Positions 38,119-47,386 of a stretch of DNA of 64,000 bases are shown here, piece after piece. The notes beneath the pieces were generated by a model. It worked only from the letters and a program-made list of their open reading frames with translations. It was not told where the DNA came from and searched no databases. Source of the DNA: Lachnospiraceae bacterium. Lineage in GTDB: Bacteria; Bacillota; Clostridia; Lachnospirales; Lachnospiraceae. The stretch lies in assembly GCA_031272185.1 (NCBI GenBank), contig JAISUG010000058.1, positions 8,203 to 72,202 of the forward strand, given 5' to 3'. Every line of letters begins with the position of its first letter. Within the stretch, counting starts at the first letter, position 1. Both the position numbers and the translations under genes were made by a program.

Positions 38119-39047
38119 TTTAGCTCCTGTGTTCGTTTGTGGCATGCCTGGGTGGCTTTCAGTACGCTGTTGCGGAAACCATATTCTTCCAGAGCCGCCA
38201 CCGCCGCGATGGTGGTGCCCCCCGGTGAGCATACATTGTCCTTGAGCGCGGCGGGGTGTTCGTGGGTCTGGAGCACCATCATGGCCGCACCCATCACCGC
38301 CTGGGCAGCCATCTCAATGGCCTGGGCGCGTGGCAGCCCATAGAGCACGCCGCCGTCGGCGAGGGCTTCGATGAGCATGTAGGCATAGGCGGGGGAAGAC
38401 CCGCTGACGCAGACCACCGCATCCATCAGGCGTTCCTCCACCTCCACCATCTTGCCGAAAGAGTTGAAGATGCGCCTCACCGTCTCCCGCTCCTGGGCGG
38501 TGAGGATGCCAGCCAAGGGCGCCGGTGCCGGCCCGGAAGCTGTTGGCTGTCGGTCCGGGGTACCTGAGGCGTCCGGGGCGGGCTCACCGGTTACGGTCAA
38601 TGGGCCGGGGGTGGGTGGGGCGGCGGTATCGGCAGGGGGCGCATCCCCCATGCACACCCCGCTCATACCTGCGCCCAGCAAGGCCGGTGTGTTGGGCATG
38701 GCGCGGACGACCTTGATATGTGCGCCCAGGGCGTCACGCAGCCGCCCGATGGTGATGCCCGGCGCGATGGAGACGACCACGTGGTCTTCGGTGAGGCTGT
38801 CCTTTATATCCGCAAGGACGCCGTCAAAAAACTGGGGCTTTACAGCCAAGACGATGTACTTCACCCGCCTCGCCAGGTCGGCGTTGCCCGCCGCCGCCGG
38901 GGCGCCTGTCTCGGCGGCCACCGAGGCGAGTTTTTCGGTGTCTTTGTCGACGATCAGGGCGGACCTGGGCCCGAAAGAAGCGAGGAGGCCGCACAGTATG
39001 GCCTTGCCCATGTTGCCGGTGCCGATGATGCCGATGTTTGGGTTCAT
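38115..39047 (-). CDS. proC: pyrroline-5-carboxylate reductase
   Basis: IGIIGTGNMG N-terminus and C-terminal SPGGTTIAAV motif. Pro/Ala/Thr-rich insertion of about 50 aa at about 38510-38660. Confidence 0.9.
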   Translation of the reverse strand: MNPNIGIIGTGNMGKAILCGLLASFGPRSALIVDKDTEKLASVAAETGAPAAAGNADLARRVKYIVLAVKPQFFDGVLADIKDSLTEDHVVVSIAPGITIGRLRDALGAHIKVVRAMPNTPALLGAGMSGVCMGDAPPADTAAPPTPGPLTVTGEPAPDASGTPDRQPTASGPAPAPLAGILTAQERETVRRIFNSFGKMVEVEERLMDAVVCVSGSSPAYAYMLIEALADGGVLYGLPRAQAIEMAAQAVMGAAMMVLQTHEHPAALKDNVCSPGGTTIAAVAALEEYGFRNSVLKATQACHKRTQELK

Positions 39048-39060
39048 ATTGCGATCCTCT

Positions 39061-40140
39061 CTAGTACCCGTAAGAATTCTGGAAGTCCTCCCAGCTCTGG
39101 TTTTCGTTGGCCCGCTGGGCTTCCAGCGCGGCTTGGTAGGCCAAGGTGTCCTTGACGGCCTGGTATGCCTCGGGCGTCATGTAGATGCCGTCGGGGCCGA
39201 TGTACCCCCCGTCGGATGTGGACTCATTGACCACCATCTCGCCGGTGTCGGGGGACATGTAGTACCAGTTCCCCTGGTACTCGATCCAGCCGGTGTACAT
39301 ATAGCCGTTCTCGTCGAAATAGTACCAGCGCCCGCCGATGAGGCGCCAGGCCGACGATGGCCAGGAGCCGTCCAGGTTCTGGAACCACCAGCCCCGGGCG
39401 TCCAGGTGCCATGAGTCGCCGCCCTTTTTGATGAGCTGGGCGGCGTCTTTCGTGACGTACTGGTCCGGCCCCTCCGCCCAGTCGCCTTTTTTGGTGAGGT
39501 CTGCGGCCGCCACCGGACGTACCTGGAACGAATAGCTCCCCTCTGATGCGACGGCCGTGTCAAAGGAATAGTACTCCTGTGTGGCGGCTTTGATCCCGCC
39601 GGTGACAGAGCCGTTTCGCAGGAGGCGGACCTCATAGGTGCCATCGGCCTGGGTGGAGTCCCATACCACACGGGTGGGGCTTTCCCAGCGCAGGTTATAT
39701 GCTGTCCCGGGTTGCTGGGCCATGGACGGCAGATCCATGGTGATGACCAGCGTCGTGGAAGAATCCTCGTAGGATGCCTTCACGTAGGTGGCGCCCGTCA
39801 GCGTGATGTTGCTCGCAGACACGCTGAAATAGCCGTCGTCCTCCGCCACCAGCGTCACCTGGAGACGGGGCACGGAATCCGCCTCCCAGGCGAATATGCC
39901 GTTGATGAACTCGTAGTTCTCCACATAGTACCTGCTGTTGGTGGTGGTCACTTCCACCTCCGAAGAGTCGATTTCCTGGCCTATGCGCAGGGTGGCCGTG
40001 ACTTTCAGCCTCACCGAAGAGATCTTTGACGCTGCATATGATGCCACACACATACAGCAAACCGCAGCGCCCACCAGGAGCGCCAGGGCCAGCCGTTTGG
40101 TTATCTTAGCGTAAGCAAATCCAAGACAAGTCCGATGCAT
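39061..40140 (-). CDS. secreted protein with C-terminal cell-wall-binding repeats
   Basis: Signal/TM segment LALALLVGAAVCCMCVASYA and repeats GGRWYYFDENGYMYTGW, GNWYYMSPDTGEM. RBS GAGAGGGGA before the ATG at 40140. Confidence 0.7.
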   Translation of the reverse strand: MHRTCLGFAYAKITKRLALALLVGAAVCCMCVASYAASKISSVRLKVTATLRIGQEIDSSEVEVTTTNSRYYVENYEFINGIFAWEADSVPRLQVTLVAEDDGYFSVSASNITLTGATYVKASYEDSSTTLVITMDLPSMAQQPGTAYNLRWESPTRVVWDSTQADGTYEVRLLRNGSVTGGIKAATQEYYSFDTAVASEGSYSFQVRPVAAADLTKKGDWAEGPDQYVTKDAAQLIKKGGDSWHLDARGWWFQNLDGSWPSSAWRLIGGRWYYFDENGYMYTGWIEYQGNWYYMSPDTGEMVVNESTSDGGYIGPDGIYMTPEAYQAVKDTLAYQAALEAQRANENQSWEDFQNSYGY

Positions 40141-40308
40141 GTCGTCCCCTCTCAAGCGTTTTTGCATTACACCCATACTTTATTATCTAAACCGTGTTTT
40201 GTCAATGATTGGGGGGGTTAAATTTTCATTACAAGAAACGCTTTGCAATCAATGGGAAAAGTGATATGATACTGGTCAAGGGAAGATGACTCGAAGAGGG
40301 GCGGCGAA

Positions 40309-40440
<132 letters not shown>

Positions 40441-40504
40441 AATATTATGGTTTGTGGCCGATGGGGAATGGTTTGGGACGGAATATTAAGGAAGGGCCGG
40501 GCAG

Positions 40505-40960
40505 ATGCGGTTTTTGATACAGAGGGTCGTAGGAGCCAAGGTGACTGTGGACGGCAAGACCGTCGGGGAGATCAAGCAGGGTTTCGTGGTGCTGGTGGGT
40601 GTGCGGGAAGCTGACACCCAGGCCATCGCCGAAAAGATGGTGAAAAAGATGCTGGCGCTGCGCATCTTCCAGGACAGCCAGGGCAAGACCAACCTGTCTT
40701 TGGGCCAGGTGGGCGGGGAGCTGTTGCTGGTTTCCCAGTTCACGCTCTATGCGGACATGCGGGGGGGGAACAGGCCCAGCTTCATCCGCGCCGGTGACCC
40801 GGCAAAGGCGCAGGAGCTGTATGACCACTGCGTCAAGCTGTGCAGGGTGAGTGTGCCGGTGGTGGAAACGGGGATATTCGGGGCGGAGATGGACATCGAG
40901 CTGGTAAATGCGGGGCCGTTCACGGTGATGCTGGACTCCGACGAGCTGTGGCCGGCATAG
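40505..40960 (+). CDS. dtd: D-aminoacyl-tRNA deacylase
   Basis: MRFLIQRV, SQFTLYAD and NAGPFT motifs. Confidence 0.93.
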   Translation: MRFLIQRVVGAKVTVDGKTVGEIKQGFVVLVGVREADTQAIAEKMVKKMLALRIFQDSQGKTNLSLGQVGGELLLVSQFTLYADMRGGNRPSFIRAGDPAKAQELYDHCVKLCRVSVPVVETGIFGAEMDIELVNAGPFTVMLDSDELWPA

Positions 40961-41031
40961 GGTATAGCTCTGTGTGAATGGCAGCCGGCTGCGGTATTTT
41001 TGCGGTATTTTGCGGATATGCGGATATTTGA

Positions 41032-41060
41032 TTGACAATGACGCCGGTTTTGGGTAAAAT
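41032..41060 (+). promoter_or_regulatory. candidate sigma-A promoter for thrC
   Basis: TTGACA (41032-41037), 17 nt spacer, TAAAAT (41055-41060). Confidence 0.6.
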
Positions 41061-41112
41061 CATCGCATCAGGCACGATGTACGTCCGGCCGGTGTTTGGA
41101 AAGGGCACTCAT

Positions 41113-42957
41113 ATGGGTATGACTTACAGCAGCACCAGGGGCATGGAAAAAGGCGTCACCGCATCCCAGGCGATCCTGAAAGGCATCGCATCGGACGGCG
41201 GGCTCTTCGTGCCGGACCGGCTCCCCAGGCTGTTTGCGGGAGGTGGTGCGGACGGGGCGGCAGGCACTGTCACGCTGCCGGATGCACCTGCGGTTGCGGG
41301 GGCCGCGCCCGGAGGGGGCGCACCGGAGGGTCCGGGGGCGGCAGACGGGGGCGGCGGGGCCTTGATCCCTTTGGGGGCCTTGGCCGGGATGGACTACCGG
41401 GAGGTGGCGTTTGCGGTCATGCGCCCGTTTTTGGCTGATTATACAGATGAGGAGCTGAAAGGCTGCATCGACAAAGCATACGACGACAAGTTTGACACAC
41501 CCGCCATCGCGCCGCTGCGCAAGGTGCGGTTCCCTGCGGGGGGATCCGGCAGTGCCGGCGATGGTCAAGGGGCCGCCGAATCGCCGGGCCCGGGGGCGTT
41601 GGGGCAGGCCAGGCGCCCGGACTGGCCCGGGGGTGTGGGCGCCCCGTCCTATGACGCATTTTTCCTGGAGCTGTTCCATGGCGCGACCATCGCATTCAAG
41701 GACATGGCATTGTCCATATTGCCCCACCTGCTGACGGTGGCGGCGCAGAAGAACCACGTGGGCGAAAAGATCGTCATATTGACTGCCACGTCGGGGGACA
41801 CCGGGAAGGCGGCCATGGCGGGGTTTGCGGACGTGCCGGGCACCGAGATCATAGTGTTTTACCCCAAGGGCGGGGTCAGCCGGGTGCAGGAGCTGCAGAT
41901 GACCACCCAAAAAGGCTCCAACACCCACGTGGTGGCCATCGAGGGCAATTTCGACGACGCCCAGACCGGCGTGAAGAAGATATTTGCGGACAAGGGGATG
42001 GGGGCGCTGCTTCTGGAAAAAGGCTGCCGCCTGTCCAGCGCCAATTCCATCAACATCGGGCGGCTCGTGCCGCAGGTGGCGTATTATGTCTATGCCTATG
42101 GGCAGCTGCTGCGGGGCGGCGAGATCGAACCGGGGGACGGGATCAACGTGGTGGTGCCCACCGGGAATTTCGGCAACATCTTGGCGGCATATTTCGCCAA
42201 GGGGATGGGGCTGCCCATCAAGACCCTGATATGTGCTTCCAATGACAACAAAGTGCTGTTTGATTTCTTCCAAAGCGGCGTGTATGACAAGAACCGGGAG
42301 TTCATCCTGACGGATTCGCCGTCCATGGACATACTGGTGTCCAGCAACCTGGAGCGGCTGCTGTACCTTAGCGCAGGGCGGGATGCGAAGCTGTGCGCAG
42401 ACCTCATGGCAGGGCTTTCCGGTTGCGGCGAATACCATGTGACGCCCGGGATGCGCGCGCATATGGCGGATTTCTGGGGCGGGTTCGCCAACCAGGATGA
42501 GGCCGGGGCGGCCATAGGGAGGGTGTTTGGGGACAATGGGTACGTGATAGACACCCACACGGGGGTGGCGGCGGCTGTTTACGGGAAATACCTGGCCCAG
42601 ACCCACGATGCGACGAAAACGGTCATAGCAGCCACCGCCAGCCCATATAAGTTTTCCGTGAGCGTGGTGAAGGCGATACGGGGTACGCAGCAAAGCGCAT
42701 GCCCGGCGGGGACAGACAGGTCTTCGGGCGGCGCATGGGGCAAAACGGGCGGCAGTTCGCCTGGGGCGGGGACACCGGTGGCAGGCGGCGGCGTGGCATC
42801 CGGTGACGAGTTTGCCAGCATCGAGGCGCTCCACGCACTGAGCGGGGTGCCCATCCCACAGGCCATAGAGGAAATCAAGACCGCACCGGTGCTGCACCAC
42901 AAGGTGTGCAGTGTGGAGGAGATGGCAGATGCCGTGAAGGAAGCGCTGGGGCTGTGA
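41113..42957 (+). CDS. thrC: threonine synthase (with three low-complexity insertions)
   Basis: YSSTRG N-terminus, PLP-lysine context HGATIAFKDMALS and SANSINIGRL. The start is either ATG 41113 or ATG 41119, after GGAAAGGG. Confidence 0.9.
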   Translation: MGMTYSSTRGMEKGVTASQAILKGIASDGGLFVPDRLPRLFAGGGADGAAGTVTLPDAPAVAGAAPGGGAPEGPGAADGGGGALIPLGALAGMDYREVAFAVMRPFLADYTDEELKGCIDKAYDDKFDTPAIAPLRKVRFPAGGSGSAGDGQGAAESPGPGALGQARRPDWPGGVGAPSYDAFFLELFHGATIAFKDMALSILPHLLTVAAQKNHVGEKIVILTATSGDTGKAAMAGFADVPGTEIIVFYPKGGVSRVQELQMTTQKGSNTHVVAIEGNFDDAQTGVKKIFADKGMGALLLEKGCRLSSANSINIGRLVPQVAYYVYAYGQLLRGGEIEPGDGINVVVPTGNFGNILAAYFAKGMGLPIKTLICASNDNKVLFDFFQSGVYDKNREFILTDSPSMDILVSSNLERLLYLSAGRDAKLCADLMAGLSGCGEYHVTPGMRAHMADFWGGFANQDEAGAAIGRVFGDNGYVIDTHTGVAAAVYGKYLAQTHDATKTVIAATASPYKFSVSVVKAIRGTQQSACPAGTDRSSGGAWGKTGGSSPGAGTPVAGGGVASGDEFASIEALHALSGVPIPQAIEEIKTAPVLHHKVCSVEEMADAVKEALGL

Positions 42958-43135
42958 CCCGGCGGCGGCATAGCACGGGCTTAAGGTTCTTGGCCGGTGG
43001 CTCCGACGTGGACCGGTATGGTGTGACCCGGCGGCGGCACGGCACGGGCTTAAGGTTCGTGGCCGGTGACACCGACGTGGACCGGTATGGTGTGATCCGT
43101 CAGCGGTACGGCACGGGCTTAAGGCCCATGCAGGC
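42953..43135. repeat. 69-nt tandem repeat, about 2.6 copies, beginning at the thrC stop codon
   Basis: TGACCCGGCGGCGGCA..GCACGGGCTTAAGGTTC.TGGCCGGTG..CCGACGTGGACCGGTATGGTG recurs at 42955, 43024 and 43093. Confidence 0.9.
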
Positions 43136-43242
43136 ATAAGATATGTAGTTTTGGACAAGTAGTCTGGCCTATGCGGCCGCTGCCCCCATGGGGGGGCTCG
43201 GCATGGCGGGCTGTGGGTTGGCAACGAAACGGAGGTACCAAA

Positions 43243-44106
43243 ATGTTAGTATCTGCAACAGAAATGCTCAAGAAGGCCATTGCGGGCAAGTATGCGGTGG
43301 GACATTTCAACATCAACAACCTGGAGTGGACGAAGGCCATACTGGAAGTCTCCCAGGAGCTGAATTCGCCCGTGATCCTGGGCGTGTCCGAAGGCGCCGG
43401 CAAATACATGGGCGGGTACAAAACCATCGTGGGCATGGTGAACGGGATGCTGGAAGGCCTGAAAATCACGGTGCCGGTGGCGCTGCACCTGGACCACGGG
43501 ACATATGACGGCTGCCTCAAGTGCATTGATGCCGGTTTCTCCTCCGTCATGTTCGACGGGTCCCATTACCCCATCGCAGAGAACGTGGAGAAGACCACCG
43601 AGCTGGTGAACCTGACACACAAGCTGGGACTGTCGATAGAGGCGGAAGTCGGCGCCATCGGCGGGGAGGAAGACGGCGTGATCGGCATGGGCGAGTGCGC
43701 AAACCCTGACGAGTGCAAGGCCATAGCGGACCTGGGCGTGGACTTCCTGGCCGCAGGCATAGGCAACATACATGGCAAATATCCCGCCAACTGGCCGGGA
43801 CTCTCTTTTGAGACACTGGCGGCGGTGAAGGACAAAGTGGGCGACCTGCCGCTGGTGCTCCACGGCGGTACGGGCATACCGGAAGACATGATCAAGAAAG
43901 CCATCTCCCTGGGCGTGGCGAAGATCAACGTGAACACAGAGTGCCAGCTGGCTTTCGCGGAGGCCACCCGCAAATACATCGAGGCCGGGAAAGACAGGGA
44001 AAGCAAGGGGTATGACCCCCGCAAGCTGTTGGCCCCCGGCGCTGCGGCCATCAAAGAGACCGTCAAAGGGAAGATCGAGCTGTTCGGTTCCGCCGGCAAG
44101 GCATGA
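43243..44106 (+). CDS. fba: class II fructose-bisphosphate aldolase
   Basis: GHFNINNLEW, ALHLDHG and VLHGGTGIP motifs. RBS ACGGAGGT. Confidence 0.93.
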   Translation: MLVSATEMLKKAIAGKYAVGHFNINNLEWTKAILEVSQELNSPVILGVSEGAGKYMGGYKTIVGMVNGMLEGLKITVPVALHLDHGTYDGCLKCIDAGFSSVMFDGSHYPIAENVEKTTELVNLTHKLGLSIEAEVGAIGGEEDGVIGMGECANPDECKAIADLGVDFLAAGIGNIHGKYPANWPGLSFETLAAVKDKVGDLPLVLHGGTGIPEDMIKKAISLGVAKINVNTECQLAFAEATRKYIEAGKDRESKGYDPRKLLAPGAAAIKETVKGKIELFGSAGKA

Positions 44107-44301
44107 GGCATTTTTAGAGGGCCATGTTGAAACCGGCAACCACGAGGTCCGGGACGAGAATCCGGGAACCGGGAACTCCCGGAACCCGGAAATCCGCAGC
44201 CCAGATCCATGCGACGGGTGCGGGGCATTTCTGACATACGGGGCCAATGCGGGCAATCGCCAGATATCTTGTGGGCTATTGCCCGTTTTTTGCGTCAAAG
44301 C

Positions 44302-44331
44302 CTTGACATAGGCGGCGTTTTGCGCTTATAA
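44302..44331 (+). promoter_or_regulatory. candidate sigma-A promoter for the amino-acid ABC operon
   Basis: TTGACA (44302-44307), 18 nt spacer, TATAAT (44326-44331). Confidence 0.6.
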
Positions 44332-44376
44332 TCCCTATTATGCTGACAGAAGGGCAGTCGGGTTGTGTAGGGAGAT

Positions 44377-44431
44377 CCGAAGCCGCAAGCCGGTTTCGGG
44401 GTGCAGATCCGAAGCCGCAAGCCGGTTTCGG
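44377..44431 (+). other. two identical tandem hairpins in the 5' leader
   Basis: CCGAAGCCG-CAAGC-CGGTTTCGG (9 bp stem including one G-U pair) at 44377-44399 and 44409-44431, period 32 nt. Confidence 0.75.
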
Positions 44432-44518
44432 GGGGCGGATCCCGGTTGGCGCTGTCGGGTTGTTTTAGAGGTTTGTGACATTTAGTATAAGACAAAGGTT
44501 GAAAGAGAGGGATTTACC

Positions 44519-45397
44519 ATGAAAAGGACTATCGCAATTATCTGCATGGCGGCACTGGTCATAGCTGCGTTTGCCGGGTGTTCGTCCGGTGCACAGACCA
44601 CCGCCACGACCGCCGCCGCGAGCAGCGCCGCCCAGGCAGGCGACCCCGGCGCAACAGCGAACAAAGACTACGACGGCAAAGTCTACAAGATCGCCTGCGA
44701 CGCCGCTTATGCGCCATTTTCCATCCAGGCGGGTGCGGACAGGACGCCCCCCGGGGAAGTGGTCACCTCCGGCAACGGTATGGGTGACTACTACGGCATC
44801 GACGTGGAGATCCTGGCTGCGGTGGCAGCGTATGAAGGGTTCAAGTTCGAGCTGACCCCCATGGATTTCTCCGGCATCATCCCCGCCATCACATCCGGCA
44901 CCATCGACGGGTCCATCGCGGGCATGAACATCACCGAGCCCCGCAAGGAGAGCGTGGATTTCTCCGACGGGTACTATGAGTCCGGTTCCGCCATCGTGGT
45001 GAACAAGGATGACACGACCATCTCCTCCTTTGAGGATCTGAAGGGCAAAGTCGCCGCATGCAAAGAGGGTACCACCGGCATGGCCTGGTGCCAGGATTTC
45101 TCCGAGCAGTACGGGTTCTCGGTTTCGGTCTACCCGGATTCCGCAAGCATGATGCTGGCCGTCTCCAACAAGCAGGCCGACTTCCTGATCGAGGACTACC
45201 CGGTCATCAGCTACCAGATCAAGATCGGCGAGCAGGCCGCCCTCAAGGTGGCTGTGGATGCCATCGAGCAGCCGCCCCAGAACGGGTTCGCAGTGAAAAA
45301 AGGCGAGAACCAGACGCTGCTGGCGATGTTCAACGAAGGCTTGGCGGCCATCCGCGCCAACGGGACTTACGACAAGATAATCAACCAGTACAAATAA
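44519..45397 (+). CDS. amino-acid ABC transporter substrate-binding lipoprotein
   Basis: Lipobox FAGC and family-3 SBP features (GIDVEILAAVA, FSGIIPAITSGTIDG, FAVKKGENQ). Confidence 0.85.
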   Translation: MKRTIAIICMAALVIAAFAGCSSGAQTTATTAAASSAAQAGDPGATANKDYDGKVYKIACDAAYAPFSIQAGADRTPPGEVVTSGNGMGDYYGIDVEILAAVAAYEGFKFELTPMDFSGIIPAITSGTIDGSIAGMNITEPRKESVDFSDGYYESGSAIVVNKDDTTISSFEDLKGKVAACKEGTTGMAWCQDFSEQYGFSVSVYPDSASMMLAVSNKQADFLIEDYPVISYQIKIGEQAALKVAVDAIEQPPQNGFAVKKGENQTLLAMFNEGLAAIRANGTYDKIINQYK

Positions 45398-45442
45398 TGT
45401 GATATTGGCGCAATCAGACCGATATGGTCAAAGGCAGATAAG

Positions 45443-45474
45443 CCGGGGAAGGCATCCAGAGCTTTCCCCGGTTT
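45443..45474 (+). terminator. possible intra-operon terminator/attenuating hairpin
   Basis: CCGGGGAA...TTCCCCGG stem followed by TTTC. The T-run is weak. Confidence 0.4.
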
Positions 45475-45640
45475 CTGGATGTATCGTTGCGTCGGGCGGG
45501 CGTTGCCTGGGATCAGAAGAATCTGGATGCATCGTTACGTCGGGCGGGCGTTACCTGGGACCAGAAGAATCTGGATGTATCGTTGCGTCGGGCGGACGTT
45601 GCCTGGGACCTGACGAATCGTCTGTATCCGGCAGTTGAGG
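45475..45640. repeat. 48-nt tandem repeat, about 3.3 copies
   Basis: CTGGATGTATCGTTGCGTCGGGCGGGCGTTGCCTGGGATCAGAAGAAT recurs at 45475, 45523 and 45571. Confidence 0.9.
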
Positions 45641-45674
45641 CATGCCGGGCGACCGGCCGCAGGTGGGGGTGCAT

Positions 45675-46334
45675 ATGATCGTGATCGAATATTTCATCAA
45701 TTTCGGGAAATACATTCCTGCGCTGCTGAAGGGCGCAAGGCTGACGATGATCATTGCGCTGGGCGGCGTCGCGCTGGCGGTGGTCATCGGCGTCGTGCTT
45801 TGCATCTTCGCCATCAGCGGTATCCGCATCCTCCAAAGAATCGCGAATTTCTACATCACGATGGTGAGGGGCATCCCCCTTATGATACTGGCGCTGTTCC
45901 TGTATTTCGGCGTCATCAAGAACTCGCTCAACCTGGTGGCCAGCGCCATATTGATATTGTCCATCAACGCTTCCGCATACATGGCTGAGATCTTCCGGGC
46001 GGGCATCCAAGCCATAGACCCCGGACAGATGGAGGCGGCCAGGAGTTTGGGGCTGGGGTATTTCCGCACCATGCAGAAAATCATACTGCCCCAGGCATTC
46101 AAGATCATGATCCCTTCGCTGATGAACCAGTTCATCAGCAGCCTGAAAGACACGGCCATACTGTCGGCCATCAGCGTCAACGAGCTGACCATGACAGCCA
46201 AGGTCATCATCGCCCGGAACTACAAGGCTTTCGAGCTGTATTCCTATGCGGCGATCATGTACCTGGTGATCATTGCCGTATTGACATACCTGTCGAAAAT
46301 AGTGGAGCGCAAGCTCAGTTACGACAAGAGATAA
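45675..46334 (+). CDS. amino-acid ABC transporter permease (His/Glu/Gln/Arg/opine family)
   Basis: Conserved [17 protein letters not shown] and EAARSLGL loop. ATG at 45675 follows GGTGGGGGTG. Confidence 0.88.
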   Translation: MIVIEYFINFGKYIPALLKGARLTMIIALGGVALAVVIGVVLCIFAISGIRILQRIANFYITMVRGIPLMILALFLYFGVIKNSLNLVASAILILSINASAYMAEIFRAGIQAIDPGQMEAARSLGLGYFRTMQKIILPQAFKIMIPSLMNQFISSLKDTAILSAISVNELTMTAKVIIARNYKAFELYSYAAIMYLVIIAVLTYLSKIVERKLSYDKR

Positions 46335-46339
46335 GATGA

Positions 46340-46600
46340 AGGGCTCCGTTGGCACTGTGCCTATCGGTGCGGGAGTGGATGGGGCGGCTTGTGCGGCAGA
46401 TGTGGTAAGTGCGGTAGATGCGGCGGCTTGTGCGGCAGATGCGGCTGGTGGTGCGGTGGATGAGGCGGTTGGTACGTCAGATGTGGTAAGTGCGGTAGAT
46501 GCGGTAAGTGCTGTAGGTGTGGTGAGTGAGATAGGTGCGGTAGGTGCGGTGGATGCAGTAGGTGCGGTAAGTGCGGCAGATGCGGATGTGATGGTGAAAG
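46340..46600. repeat. degenerate short-period repeat array (GTGCGGTAGATGCGG-type units)
   Basis: About 260 nt of related 9-15-nt units between the permease stop and the ATPase RBS. Open in frame with the ATPase gene. Confidence 0.85.
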
Positions 46601-46608
46601 GGGGACAT

Positions 46609-47337
46609 ATGGCGCCCATCGTGGAAGTGAAAAACGTCCGGAAAGTCTTCGGGGACCTGGAAGTCATCAAAGATATTTCATTTACCCTGGACGAGGGAGA
46701 AGTGGTCTGCCTCATCGGGCCTTCCGGGTCGGGAAAGTCCACCATGCTGCGGTGCATGAACCGGCTGGAGCACATCCAGGGAGGCGCCATCAAGATCCTG
46801 GGGGAAGACCTTCACCAGGTGAAGAACATCAACGTCTTCCGGGAAAACATTGGCATGGTTTTCCAGCATTTCAACCTGTTCCCCAACTACACCGTGCTGG
46901 GCAACCTGACCCTGGCCCCCACCACACTGGGAAAATATGGCAAGGATGAGGCTGTGAAAAAGGCAGAGGCGCTGCTGGAACGCGTGGGGCTTTCGGACAA
47001 ACGTGATGCGTTCCCGGCCACGCTGTCCGGAGGGCAGAAGCAGCGGGTCGCCATCGCCAGGGCATTGGCCATGGACCCCAAGATCATGCTTTTTGACGAA
47101 CCCACCAGCGCACTGGATCCGGAGATGGTGGGCGAGGTGCTGGATGTGATGAAGGCGCTGGCCAAGGATGGCATGACCATGATGGTGGTCACCCATGAGA
47201 TGGGGTTCGCCAGGGAGGTGGCCAGGCGGGTGATTTTCATGGACGACGGGTACATTGTGGAAGAGGCCCCGCCTTTGGAGATGTTTGAGAACCCGAAGAC
47301 GGATAGGTGTCGGGCTTTCCTGTCCAGTGTACTCTAA
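46609..47337 (+). CDS. amino-acid ABC transporter ATP-binding protein
   Basis: Walker [10 protein letters not shown], signature [15 protein letters not shown] and Walker [15 protein letters not shown] at 46609 follows AAAGGGGGA. An alternative ATG at 46336 would add a 91-aa repeat-encoded extension. Confidence 0.88.
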   Translation: MAPIVEVKNVRKVFGDLEVIKDISFTLDEGEVVCLIGPSGSGKSTMLRCMNRLEHIQGGAIKILGEDLHQVKNINVFRENIGMVFQHFNLFPNYTVLGNLTLAPTTLGKYGKDEAVKKAEALLERVGLSDKRDAFPATLSGGQKQRVAIARALAMDPKIMLFDEPTSALDPEMVGEVLDVMKALAKDGMTMMVVTHEMGFAREVARRVIFMDDGYIVEEAPPLEMFENPKTDRCRAFLSSVL

Positions 47338-47386
47338 ACTATTAGGTTGATGTGGGGACGCCCTGGCTTGAAAGGAACTTGGATTT

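Noticed and set aside
41068-43224. 718-aa ORF on the minus strand antisense to thrC, and similar long antisense or alternate-frame ORFs (922-2115, 3643-5121, 12603-13769, 26626-27819, 29448-30674, 36105-37307, 43246-44298, 45513-46793, 50770-52266, 54284-55483, 56826-58334, 62002-63258)
   Set aside because: Each lies opposite or out of frame to a gene with unambiguous family motifs. The translations are Arg/Pro/Gly/His-rich with no recognisable motifs or RBS. They are typical shadow ORFs of high-GC DNA.
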